From the NCBI GenBank assembly GCA_015064555.1, contig SVRZ01000004.1, forward strand, positions 14,814 to 78,813: 64,000 nucleotides of DNA. The letters are read 5' to 3'. The position numbers were made by a program, and so were the translations under genes. Below, piece by piece: positions 17,482 to 27,069 of the stretch; positions within the stretch are counted from its first letter, which is position 1, and each line of letters starts with the position of its first letter. The notes beneath the pieces are model-generated. The model saw only the letters and a list, made by a program, of their open reading frames with translations, made no database searches and was not told the DNA's origin. Source of the DNA: Oscillospiraceae bacterium (GTDB lineage: Bacteria > Bacillota > Clostridia > Oscillospirales > CAG-272).

Positions 17482-18927
17482 ATGAGCGAAATAAACCTTC
17501 TTTCTGCCGATAAAGAACAGAAAAAGAAGAACACCGCCTCGGCAGTTATCCTTGCCTTGGTGATGCTTTTCAACCCGAATATAAATTTGTATGATTTTCT
17601 CCCTGATTTTATAGGATATATCATACTGGCAAAGCTTTTCGAACGAGCCGCGGACTCTACCCCCTATTTTGAGGAAGCAAGAGCTGCATTTATGAAGCTG
17701 GCATATATCAGTATTGCAAAAATACCCGCTATCGTCATCGTTACCACAACGCGTATGGGTAACGTGCAGGATCACGATATAGTTGCTCTTATGACTCTTG
17801 TCTTTGCCACAATTGAGATAATATTCCTTATACCTGCGGTGAAAAATTCCTTCGATGCCCTATCATACCTGGGTCAGCGCACTGATGCCGAGTCGCTTAT
17901 AAAGAGCGGGACTCTCATCTCCACCGATGCTCTGCGCACGTTCACCTTCGTTTTCCTCATCTTCAAGTCTGCTGTATATGCCCTCCCCGAGATGCTGAGG
18001 ATAACGAGAAGCGTTGAGATAGGCTCCACCGAGGCGATAATGTACGGCTCGCGCTACTATCCGTGGGCTATCCTCGCCTCTCTCATCATCGGATTCACCT
18101 GCGGTGTGATATGGCTTTCCCGTATGACGAAGTACGTAAAAGCGATAAGGGATGAAGGCAAATTCTTCAGCGCAATAGACAGTATGATCACGCCCGATTC
18201 ACGCGATGCATACAATGAAAGGCTTAAGAAGCGCTCTATATCGCGCGCATTCGTGGTATTCAATATATGCGCAGTCCTCTCATTCGACCTTATATTCCAG
18301 AACTATAACAGCGTAGATCTTTTGCCCGGATTTCTTCAGGGACTGGCATTTACAACCGCGCTTGTACTGCTCTCACATCACGTAAATGGTGCCGAGGAGC
18401 TTCGCCGCTATTCGTTGATATGCGGTACACTTTTCAGCCTGTTTTCTCTGGTAAATTACGTATTTACCGTCAAATTCCTGAACGAATACGGATATTCGTC
18501 CCTGCTCTATGCAAACAATATTGCCGCACACGAATCCTATAAGATGGTTGAAATACTCTCCATCGTGGAGACTGCCAGCTATCTTGCTCTTATAGCGATA
18601 TGCTTCCTTATGCTGAAAAAATACATTCTGGAGGTGTTCACGGCGCGCGCACACACCGAGCTCGATAAAAAGGATCCATATCTTAAGGATGCATACCGTA
18701 AGACTGTGATTATAACAGGGCTTTCCTCTCTGCTCGGCATAGTCAAGCTTCTGAACGTATTTGCTAACGGAAATGTTCAGCTTATCTTCACGGACAGCTC
18801 GGACGTTACGATGCCAACTATCGTTACATCATCCCTCCCCTGGCTCGGAACGCTTATCACACTGCTTTCCATCGCATACACCTTGTATTCGGTATACTAC
18901 TTCAATTACATCAAAAACGATATGTAA
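17482..18927 (+). CDS. polytopic membrane protein, unknown function
   Basis: 481 aa with multiple hydrophobic spans. Starts 3 nt after the previous stop. The N-terminal region is weakly similar by eye to the preceding protein. Confidence 0.6.
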   Translation: MSEINLLSADKEQKKKNTASAVILALVMLFNPNINLYDFLPDFIGYIILAKLFERAADSTPYFEEARAAFMKLAYISIAKIPAIVIVTTTRMGNVQDHDIVALMTLVFATIEIIFLIPAVKNSFDALSYLGQRTDAESLIKSGTLISTDALRTFTFVFLIFKSAVYALPEMLRITRSVEIGSTEAIMYGSRYYPWAILASLIIGFTCGVIWLSRMTKYVKAIRDEGKFFSAIDSMITPDSRDAYNERLKKRSISRAFVVFNICAVLSFDLIFQNYNSVDLLPGFLQGLAFTTALVLLSHHVNGAEELRRYSLICGTLFSLFSLVNYVFTVKFLNEYGYSSLLYANNIAAHESYKMVEILSIVETASYLALIAICFLMLKKYILEVFTARAHTELDKKDPYLKDAYRKTVIITGLSSLLGIVKLLNVFANGNVQLIFTDSSDVTMPTIVTSSLPWLGTLITLLSIAYTLYSVYYFNYIKNDM

Positions 18928-18980
18928 TGATGCTTTCCCGGCATCGGGCATAATAAACAATTCATTTTAACAGAGTCAAT

Positions 18981-19022
18981 AAAAGCCCCGGCACTTTTAT
19001 AACGTGCCGGGGCTTTTATTGA
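18981..19022. terminator. bidirectional rho-independent terminator
   Basis: Arms aaaagccccggcac / gtgccggggctttt, flanked by A/T runs. It sits between convergent genes. Confidence 0.85.
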
Positions 19023-19036
19023 CTAGGGGCATGCTA

Positions 19037-20839
19037 TTATTTATTTTTATTGTATATTTCGCGGAAGGACTTTATCGCCGATGCAAAGTCCTCTATCGCT
19101 CCGGTAACGACCGAAGGATCGCGCATATCTATACCGGCAACGAGAAGGCTGTCCAGAGGGGACTTCGAATCGCCGCACTTAAGGAAATCTATATACTTTC
19201 CGATATAAGCTTCTCCCTCGGTCTCTATACGCTTGACTATTGCAGAAGCTGCTGAAATAGAGGTCGCGTACTTATATACGTAGAAGCAGGAGTAGAAGTG
19301 AGGTATACGCATCCACTCGTATGCGATCTGCTTATCGCATGCAACCGAAGGACCAAAGTAACGGCGGACAAGCTTATAATAATGCTTGTTGATAAGATCT
19401 GCCGTGAGCGGCTCGCCGCGCTCACAAAGGGCGTGCATATCGCGCTCGAACTCGGCAAACATGGTCTGACGGTAGAGAGTTCCCTTATAGGTCTCCATAA
19501 GCTGATTGAGAATATAAAGCTTCTCCTCGTCATTCTTACATTCGTTAAGCTTTCTGTGCGCCATAAGAAGCTCATTTACAGTCGAGGCAACCTCTGCAAC
19601 AAAAATAGTATAATTTGAATTATGAGGCTCGTTATACTTATTCGAGAAGTAGCTGTGCATCGAATGTCCTGCCTCATGCGCGAGAGTTGAAACGTCATCG
19701 TACTTTTCGTTGAAGTTGAGAAGGATATAGGGCTCTGTGCCGGGGGCTCCGGATGAGAATGCACCGCCGCGCTTTCCTCTTGACGGGAATACGTCTACCC
19801 ATCCCTTTTCGGTAAGACCTGCCTTCAGGGCATTGTAATACTCCGAGCCGTAGATCTCAACCGTCTTGAGAACCTCCGCTACAGCCTCCTCATAAGTATA
19901 ATGCGAGTCTACCTCGCCTATAAGAGGCGCATAAACGTCATAAAGATGGAGCTTGTCCACACCGAGAACCTCTGCCTTGAGCGCATAATAATCATAGAGT
20001 GCGGGCAGACCTGATCTTACAGATCGTATAAGATTATTGTATATTTCGGGAGTTACCTCATCGCGGAAGGTAGATGCGGTTATAGAATCCTTGAAGCTAC
20101 GGACTCTGGCATTGGTGGTTGCCTCCTTCACTCTCGCCTCGTAGAGGGTAGCGAAGGTATTACCGAACTGCTCATAGGTCTTGTAAAGGCAACGGAATGC
20201 ACCGCGGCGCACGTCGCGGTTTTTATTCATAAGATACATAACATAATTTGTATCTGTCAGCTCAACGAGCTTGCCGTCCGCATCGCGGAACTTGCCGAAT
20301 CTGAGGTCGGAATTTGCAAATATGGATCTGATACCCGTATGTGAGCCGAGCGCATTCTGCATCTTTGACATAAGGATCTCTCCCTCGTCCGAAAGAGTAT
20401 GAGGCTTCTCACGCATCGACTTCTCTATCTGGCGGCGGAATACCTCAAGCTCCGGGCATTCCTTGAACCACTCATCAAGCTTCTCTTCATCGAGTCTGAG
20501 AAGATAAGGTGTGACAAACCATGCCGCCTCACCTGCCTCGGTAGCCAGATTTCTGACCTTTGTATTGAGTGCCTGATATCCGTTATTCGAGGTTTCGACC
20601 GAGAAGTTCAGCGATGCATACTGCCACAGATACGTGATAAGGTAATCTATATCAGCCATATCGCGAAGAGCGGAATAAAGCTCCTTGGCGCCCTTCAGCA
20701 TAGTCTTCTCATGTGCGCGGAAGCGCTTTATCATATCGGATGCGCGCTTGTAATCCCGGTTAAAGGCATCCTCCGTGGGATATATTACAGACAGATCCCA
20801 CTTATATTTTTTGTCGATCTCGTTTCTTTCTCTTATCAT
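19037..20839 (-). CDS. pepF: oligoendopeptidase F (M3B)
   Basis: 600 aa with the zinc motif HEAGHSMH. Overall PepF-like sequence (KWDLSVIY..., ...YWQ...). Confidence 0.9.
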   Translation of the reverse strand: MIRERNEIDKKYKWDLSVIYPTEDAFNRDYKRASDMIKRFRAHEKTMLKGAKELYSALRDMADIDYLITYLWQYASLNFSVETSNNGYQALNTKVRNLATEAGEAAWFVTPYLLRLDEEKLDEWFKECPELEVFRRQIEKSMREKPHTLSDEGEILMSKMQNALGSHTGIRSIFANSDLRFGKFRDADGKLVELTDTNYVMYLMNKNRDVRRGAFRCLYKTYEQFGNTFATLYEARVKEATTNARVRSFKDSITASTFRDEVTPEIYNNLIRSVRSGLPALYDYYALKAEVLGVDKLHLYDVYAPLIGEVDSHYTYEEAVAEVLKTVEIYGSEYYNALKAGLTEKGWVDVFPSRGKRGGAFSSGAPGTEPYILLNFNEKYDDVSTLAHEAGHSMHSYFSNKYNEPHNSNYTIFVAEVASTVNELLMAHRKLNECKNDEEKLYILNQLMETYKGTLYRQTMFAEFERDMHALCERGEPLTADLINKHYYKLVRRYFGPSVACDKQIAYEWMRIPHFYSCFYVYKYATSISAASAIVKRIETEGEAYIGKYIDFLKCGDSKSPLDSLLVAGIDMRDPSVVTGAIEDFASAIKSFREIYNKNK

Positions 20840-20950
20840 TTAAAAATCTCCTGTTATACTTGTGTGAAAATTATTCTACCTAATATATTATATATATATT
20901 ATCGCCCGATGTCAAGCATAAAATTTTAAATACTTTGCCGGCATAACAGG

Positions 20951-21000
20951 CAAAAAAGAGGGTAACCGCGGCAATCGCCGGGCTACCCTCGGTTTTATTT
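20951..21000. terminator. terminator hairpin downstream of the giant secreted-protein gene
   Basis: Arms gagggtaaccg / cgggctaccctc (imperfect), with an A-run before and a T-run after. It lies about 125 nt beyond the stop at 21125. Confidence 0.5.
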
Positions 21001-21124
21001 GTTATCTGCCATCAGGCAGGCGCTGTTAATGCGCAATTGCAGTCAGTTTTCCCGTCCCGTACGGTCAGTCACACCCGAGACGGCATTTAGTTCAGTCAAA
21101 ACTAAATAGATGAAGAATTAATTT

Positions 21125-24100
21125 TTATGCCTCAACCGTGATAGAAGCCTTATACTCCTCTGCCATTCTTACGTAATCGTAGAATGCAAGAAGAAGATCA
21201 AGGCAAGCCTCGGAATCAGCCTTGGTCGCGGATGATTCGTCCTTAGCATTCTCAACGTGATACTTAACGAAGGTATCAAGATTGAATGCGCCTTCGGTTA
21301 CCGAAACATCCTCGCCGTTAACCTTTCCGCTCGCGGTTATGGTAAGACGGGTTGCGAAGTTATATGCCTTCATATCCGAGATAACGAGAGTTCTGCGATC
21401 GGTTTCGGTCACGGTGAAGGTTCTGGAGTTTTCACCGTAGGTTACGGTAACAGTACCTACGAAGCCGTCTTTGAGAATAAGTACGTACTCGGGAGCAGAA
21501 TCAAGCTTTACGGTTACCTCATCGATAGCAGCTGCAACTCCGAGCACTTCGATAGCCTTATCGTAGTTGCTCTCGGTCATTCCCTCGCCCTTTGCATCTG
21601 CGTAGTCAGCAAGAAGCTTTGCAAGAACTTCATCATCTGCGGTAGCATCGGTGAAGTACTTATATGCCTCATTAGCATAGTTGACCATGTAGTACATAAG
21701 CTTTCTGTCAGCTGCGGTGTAGGTAGCAAGCTCGGTATCCTTGAGTATTACCTCTGCATAAGAAGCAATATCAATGGTAGCAGTAGCCGTTGCGTTATAC
21801 TCGCCATCCTTAACGTTGATGTAGAATACGGCATCGGAGGTAGCCTCCTCACAGCTCTTTTCGATAGTTACCTTGATATACTGAGCACCGTTTACGGTTA
21901 CCGGAGAGGTCTCAAGCACATCAGTGCCATCGGTTACAGAGGTGATATATTCCTCATACTCTACAGGGATGTAAAGATTGATATTGAAATCAGAATAGAG
22001 GGAAAGATTTGTAAGAACGCCGTTTATGTTAGACTCAACAGTTACGTTGGGAGTGAGAGTTGCATCCTCGGTGATATTCTGAGGAAGCTCCTCTGCCCAG
22101 GTGCCGTCATGAGTAACCTTAACTGCGCCATCGTATACATCGAGAGTACCAACGGATACGACATTTCCGCCGGGAGCATAGTAAACAACCTTATCTTCAA
22201 CGCTGCCATAGCCCTTGAAGGTTACGGTTATTCTATCCTCGGTCTTAATAGCCTTGGTAGCGAGGACGGGAAGAACCTTATCTGCCTCACCCTCATATCC
22301 GTTAACGGCTATAACGAAGGAATTCTTTGTGTAGCTGCTTACAGTTTTGCTTGTACCCGTATGCGAGTAGTAGTGGATAGTGTATGTATCCGCATCGGTA
22401 ATGCCTGCAAGAGTCATAGGCACATTATAGTTAACATTAGAAATCGTATCGTCGTAACCATCTATAAATTTGTCAATGTTTTCACCCGCAGTATTTTCAC
22501 CGACATAAGTTACACTGCCGTGAGAAGGATTAAGTCTACCGGTTATAATGCAGTTCGTGAATACGATCTCCTTACAACCAAGGTTATTTCCTATAACGTT
22601 ACCTGTACCGGAGGTTATAACCACACAGTTATCGAAATTGTAAGCAGTCTCTCCCTTGGTAACCACTTTATCCTTATCGGTGGTTGCAGTTCCGTCCGCA
22701 TCCACTGCGCCTTCTCCGCTTATGCTTACAAGTGCATTACCCGAAGCCATAAGGAAGTTGGAATTGGTTACGTTGACAGTTGCATAAGAGAACTTGGACA
22801 TAAATACGGCACTCTCAACGCTTGTGGTACGGATAAAGGTTATTCCGTCTATATTCGCGGAGCAGGTCGCATCGGCTCTCTCAAGACGAACAAAGGTATC
22901 GCCCTCGAACGTGAGGTTAGATCCGGGGTATGTATTACCGCGAACGGTAACGGTACCTATATTGAGATGAGAATCAGATTCCATTTCCTTTATCGCCTGA
23001 AGGTACTCGGTATTTGTCATGTTCTTGAGGCTGCCTGCAGAGTTCATCTGGAACATAATGCCGGCAGCTGCTTTATCACCTGTATAACCGAGAGCAATTA
23101 TTCTACCGCCCTCGCGAGAGGAATAAACGTTGAGTGTCTCACCGCTGTAGATAGTCCAGGATGAGGGAGATTTTGTAGTGCTTCCCTGGGGATTGAAGTA
23201 AACAAGATGACCGTTTACGTCGAAGTTAAAGAATCTGGATTCGGTTCCCGTAGCAAGCTTATCTGCATCAAGCGATGCCATTCCGCCTGCGAAGTTGAAT
23301 CCATCCTTGCAGATAACGAAGGTCTCGCCATAAGCAAGCTTAACAACACCCTTGAAGCCGCTGGTTTCACTACCGCTGTAGAAGTTGGACTGAGTTCCGC
23401 CTCTGCTGAAGTTGCCCTCTTCATCGAGAACTACCCAATAGAAATAGTTCTGCGCTTCTCCGTATACCGGATAAAGATACTCATAGCGGTCATACTCGTC
23501 TCTGGATGCGACCTCTTTTGCAAGAGCGATAGTAACGGGAGTAAGCTCCTCTCCTACCGTCTCGGTCTCAAGACCGGTGTGCGACCAGCCTACCTGCTTT
23601 CTTGCAAGATAGTCGCCGCCCTCGGTTACAAGATAATTGCTTGTAAGAGCATGCTCGGGTATCTGACCTACCTTAACGGTGGTAAGATCAAAGTTATTTT
23701 CATCGAACATATTACCGCCGGGCTCACCGATGTACCACTTGTAGGTAACGGTAAGATCATTGTAGGTCGAATCGAATATGTAGGATGCGATCGAGCCGTC
23801 CTTTGCGTACTTAATGTCTGCGCCGTAGGAGCCTTCAGCTGCAGATACAACGTATCCGTTAGCATTTACAACACCGTCGGTATTGATAAGCTCCTCGATC
23901 GTATCATCAAGAAGGAAGGCAGCAGTTCCGAGAGCATCAGCCGCCGCGAAAGCCTGGTTTACAGAGCTGTATTCCTTACCGCCTGCTACGATGCTGGCGT
24001 TAGCCTTGAGTTTATTACTGTTGTTATACCAGTTATACTTGTCGGGGGTATTAGTTGTCATTTCATCATCGCTGACAGAATTGTAAGCTCTGAATGCAAC

Positions 24101-26173
24101 GTTATCAAAGAGCATAGTCGCCCCAACGGTCTGAGGATTGCTTTTATTCAACTGAACGTAGAAGCCCTGGAGATATGTAGCTTCAGTACCGTATGCAGTG
24201 CCGCTTGCCACCTGCTCGCCATTAAGGTAATAATAGGACTTACCCTGCGTGCCGGAGGTATATACAACCGCCGTCAGATGGTTCCACTCGCCGTTAGGCT
24301 TAAGCTGGTAGGTTTTATCGCCGATGGTAAACTTACCGTCTGCACTGACTTTTCCGGAGGGGCCGGATCTTGCGCCACCGTTACTCTTTCTTGCAGAAAT
24401 CATGAAGTTACCTATCGTGGGATAGCCTACCGCAGAATCGGTAGCGAAGTCTATATCGTATACGTAAACTGCCGCCTGAGATTCACTGTTTACGGGAGCG
24501 TAGGTTGTGTCTCTGCCGTTTCCTAATACCATATAGGTATCCTTGTAGAAGGTATGAGTAGGTGAGGTGGGGTCATCTACAGAGGGAGTTACGATATACT
24601 TATACGCAGTATTACCGTTTGCATCGGAATCTGTTAATGCACCGTGCCAGATGTTGGTATCATTACCGGCGCCGGTAAAGGTGTAAACTCCACCGTAAAT
24701 ATCACCGGGAGCAAAGCGCGAACCACTGGAAGAATTAGCCTGTGTGGTACGGCCTATCCAGAAATAACCTGCATTTGCAAAGCAATCCTTCCATTTATTC
24801 GCGTCGGTAGTATTTGATCCGGTTGCGGAATAAATATCATTCATCGTAAGATAGTAGGACTTATCCGCCGTAAAGGTGGTATAATCGGCAGCGGTCTTGC
24901 CCTCCTCGAGCTTAACGACAACGTAGGGGAAGTTGGAATCGGTAACCGGGTCAAAGGCAAGAGCATATTCGGTGCTATTATTGGTAATAGTACCATCGGT
25001 TGCGATAACCAGCTTTTGACCGTCGGGCATATAAAGATTTATGCCTCCCGCCATAGTAACGGGCTTCGACAATCTGGTTCCCTCGGAAACGTGGATCTGA
25101 CCGTTATTGGTGGCAGCGTACCAGGCGAATGCTATCCTTGAATTGGCATCAAATATAGCCTTAGATCCGCGAAGGATATTACCCTGATCCGATCCGCTTT
25201 TATATCTGGTATTGGAGTTTGCCGTCATTATAACCGAATTATTGAACTTATATATCGTCTTCTCATAGGTGTCCTTACCACCCATTATAACGTTATATGA
25301 GCCCTCAATGAGAGAATCGGTTATGGAAATGGTACCGAGAGTAGTTCCGCTCCAGCCGCCCCAGAAAGCAACGACGCGGGCGAATCCATTCTTTGCAATG
25401 CAGGAGAGGGTTGAGTTATCGATCGTTATAAACTCAACGTCTGCCGATGCATGGGAGGCTGCCTCGTAATGAATACCGTTACCGGTAGTATATACCGAGC
25501 TGTTCTCCATAACAAGGGTACCGGTCGAAGATACCTTAATGAAGCCGAGCGAGTTATCGGTGTACGTTACGGTGTTGTTGGATACCCAATATTTGCGGTC
25601 AGCAGTATCGCATCTGAAGTCAAAGTTTTTGAAGCTCCAGTTTGCAGAACCGCCGGCATAGAATATCCAGTTCTTCGCATCGGTTGCATTATTGTATGCC
25701 GCGGTGGAAATAACGTCTACGTTAGTAAAGCTGAAATCACCGTTATTGGTGAAAACTAAGTTAATAGCCTTACTGCCGGTATGCTTGATAATGATATCAG
25801 AGCTACCTCCCGTGACGTTTACCTTCGGAGTGCATCCGGATACACGTACCAGTGCACCATCGAGGTTGAGTGTTCCGTTACCTACGATATTCAAGGTAAC
25901 GTCGGTGCTGATGCTGAATGCTTCACTCGTCGTGGATGTGAGAGTGTAGCCTGCAAGGTCAATGGTAAGATTCTTATCGAGTGCGAAGGAATTAACGAAT
26001 GAATCTTCCGTAAGAGTGACCGTGCTGCCTGCCTCTGCTGCGGTAAGCGTGGGGGCGAGGTCTACGCCTATGTCCACTGTATCATCTGCATTAACGACCA
26101 TTATAAGCGCGCCGCAAATGAGAGCTACCGAGAGAATGAGCACCAAGATCTTTGCAAGTTTCTTGTTTTTCAT
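21125..26173 (-). CDS. giant secreted protein (1,682 aa) with beta-helix-like and LamG-like segments and no recognisable anchor
   Basis: The start at MKNKKLAKILVLILSVALICGALIMVVNA is a Sec signal peptide, preceded by aagggaaag. Repetitive beta-strand-rich T/S/N/G segments are present (e.g. NFDNCVVITSGTGNVIGNNLGCKEIVFTNCIITG). A LamG-like segment ends in MLFDNVAFRAY. No LPXTG, SLH or dockerin motif was seen. Confidence 0.75.
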   Translation of the reverse strand: MKNKKLAKILVLILSVALICGALIMVVNADDTVDIGVDLAPTLTAAEAGSTVTLTEDSFVNSFALDKNLTIDLAGYTLTSTTSEAFSISTDVTLNIVGNGTLNLDGALVRVSGCTPKVNVTGGSSDIIIKHTGSKAINLVFTNNGDFSFTNVDVISTAAYNNATDAKNWIFYAGGSANWSFKNFDFRCDTADRKYWVSNNTVTYTDNSLGFIKVSSTGTLVMENSSVYTTGNGIHYEAASHASADVEFITIDNSTLSCIAKNGFARVVAFWGGWSGTTLGTISITDSLIEGSYNVIMGGKDTYEKTIYKFNNSVIMTANSNTRYKSGSDQGNILRGSKAIFDANSRIAFAWYAATNNGQIHVSEGTRLSKPVTMAGGINLYMPDGQKLVIATDGTITNNSTEYALAFDPVTDSNFPYVVVKLEEGKTAADYTTFTADKSYYLTMNDIYSATGSNTTDANKWKDCFANAGYFWIGRTTQANSSSGSRFAPGDIYGGVYTFTGAGNDTNIWHGALTDSDANGNTAYKYIVTPSVDDPTSPTHTFYKDTYMVLGNGRDTTYAPVNSESQAAVYVYDIDFATDSAVGYPTIGNFMISARKSNGGARSGPSGKVSADGKFTIGDKTYQLKPNGEWNHLTAVVYTSGTQGKSYYYLNGEQVASGTAYGTEATYLQGFYVQLNKSNPQTVGATMLFDNVAFRAYNSVSDDEMTTNTPDKYNWYNNSNKLKANASIVAGGKEYSSVNQAFAAADALGTAAFLLDDTIEELINTDGVVNANGYVVSAAEGSYGADIKYAKDGSIASYIFDSTYNDLTVTYKWYIGEPGGNMFDENNFDLTTVKVGQIPEHALTSNYLVTEGGDYLARKQVGWSHTGLETETVGEELTPVTIALAKEVASRDEYDRYEYLYPVYGEAQNYFYWVVLDEEGNFSRGGTQSNFYSGSETSGFKGVVKLAYGETFVICKDGFNFAGGMASLDADKLATGTESRFFNFDVNGHLVYFNPQGSTTKSPSSWTIYSGETLNVYSSREGGRIIALGYTGDKAAAGIMFQMNSAGSLKNMTNTEYLQAIKEMESDSHLNIGTVTVRGNTYPGSNLTFEGDTFVRLERADATCSANIDGITFIRTTSVESAVFMSKFSYATVNVTNSNFLMASGNALVSISGEGAVDADGTATTDKDKVVTKGETAYNFDNCVVITSGTGNVIGNNLGCKEIVFTNCIITGRLNPSHGSVTYVGENTAGENIDKFIDGYDDTISNVNYNVPMTLAGITDADTYTIHYYSHTGTSKTVSSYTKNSFVIAVNGYEGEADKVLPVLATKAIKTEDRITVTFKGYGSVEDKVVYYAPGGNVVSVGTLDVYDGAVKVTHDGTWAEELPQNITEDATLTPNVTVESNINGVLTNLSLYSDFNINLYIPVEYEEYITSVTDGTDVLETSPVTVNGAQYIKVTIEKSCEEATSDAVFYINVKDGEYNATATATIDIASYAEVILKDTELATYTAADRKLMYYMVNYANEAYKYFTDATADDEVLAKLLADYADAKGEGMTESNYDKAIEVLGVAAAIDEVTVKLDSAPEYVLILKDGFVGTVTVTYGENSRTFTVTETDRRTLVISDMKAYNFATRLTITASGKVNGEDVSVTEGAFNLDTFVKYHVENAKDESSATKADSEACLDLLLAFYDYVRMAEEYKASITVEA

Positions 26174-26204
26174 TTTCTTTCCCTTTCTGAAAATATTTTT
26201 GTTT

Positions 26205-26288
26205 CTATGGATATCCCTAGAAATACGACGGCTAGCCGTCGTATTTCTATGGATATCCATAGAAATACGACGGCTAGCCGTCGTATTT
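26205..26288. repeat. tandem duplication (2 x 42 bp, 1 mismatch) of a compound palindrome
   Basis: Each unit is CTATGGATATCC(C/A)TAG (16-bp palindrome) plus AAATACGACGGCTAGCCGTCGTATTT (a perfect 26-bp palindrome). The repeat lies 32 nt upstream of the giant gene's ATG. Confidence 0.95.
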
Positions 26289-26328
26289 CACGCGCAGGCT
26301 ATGCGCGGGCAAAAAGTATTTGCACTTT

Positions 26329-26357
26329 ATTATAACATATATTACTCTTCTTTGCAA
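26329..26357 (-). promoter_or_regulatory. SigA-type promoter for the giant secreted-protein gene
   Basis: Minus strand reads TTGCAA-17 nt-TATAAT. This places both palindrome units inside a roughly 150-nt leader. Confidence 0.5.
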
Positions 26358-26404
26358 TATACATATTCACCAAATATTTTAGGCGAATTTGCATATTCAT
26401 TTAA

Positions 26405-27067
26405 TCAGGTGCAAAGTCGTTCCGATGCTTTTCTGCGAAAATCCTCGGTTATCATCACCTTTTCGAAGAGCGACATAGCCTCCTCGCCGCAACGGAGCTT
26501 GTCGATCGCCGCGATTATTTCCGAGGCGCATTTCCCGACCTCCTCGTTTTCAACATAGCAGTCAAAAAGCTCCGCCATCGTATGAAGAACCGAAAAGTCA
26601 TCTATATTCTGACGGCATCTTTTCTCAAATGATGCCCTCGCCCTTTCGCACCCGGAAGCAAGATCGCGCAGACGCAATCTTTCCTCCGCTATTGCGAGAT
26701 CGGTATAGACGTAAAATGCGTACACCGGATAATCAAGGCTCTTTTTAAGCGATGCCGCACCGTTATAATCAAGCACCAGGATAGGATGCTTGCCGCTATC
26801 GAATATTCTCTCCAGCTCGCACTTGCGCGTGCCGTAAAGATTTCCGCCGTATTCGGTATATTCGGCAACACCGCCCTCCGCGATCGAGCGCCTGAATTCC
26901 TCCTCGGTTATATAGACGTACTCGTCATCCCTTCCATCGCCTCTCGGCGATCTCGTGGTCGCTGATCGGCTCATTTCAAGATAACCGAGATCTTCTATAA
27001 GCCGATCGGCAACCGTCGTTTTGCCTACGCCGGATATACCGGCGATAACAATAGCATATTTCTCCAT
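26405..27067 (-). CDS. guanylate kinase-family protein (divergent paralog?)
   Basis: 220 aa. P-loop GISGVGKTT and SATTRSPRGDGRDDEYVYITEEEF, which is Gmk-like. Starts 2 nt after the serS stop. Confidence 0.65.
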   Translation of the reverse strand: MEKYAIVIAGISGVGKTTVADRLIEDLGYLEMSRSATTRSPRGDGRDDEYVYITEEEFRRSIAEGGVAEYTEYGGNLYGTRKCELERIFDSGKHPILVLDYNGAASLKKSLDYPVYAFYVYTDLAIAEERLRLRDLASGCERARASFEKRCRQNIDDFSVLHTMAELFDCYVENEEVGKCASEIIAAIDKLRCGEEAMSLFEKVMITEDFRRKASERLCT

Positions 27068-27069
27068 TC

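Noticed and set aside
21001-21124. Possible small RNA, tRNA or riboswitch in the 125-nt gap after the giant gene.
   Set aside because: It contains only short generic hairpins (ctgcc/ggcag, gcgc/gcgc, ccgtacgg). There are no tRNA T-loop or anticodon features and no recognisable riboswitch core. It is most simply a 3' UTR before the terminator at 20951-21000.
26174-26260. N-terminal extension of the giant ORF (MDIHRNTTASRRISRDIHRNKNIFRKGKK).
   Set aside because: The duplicated DIHRN peptide is simply the translation of the 42-bp palindromic DNA repeat. A proper signal peptide with an RBS starts at 26173.
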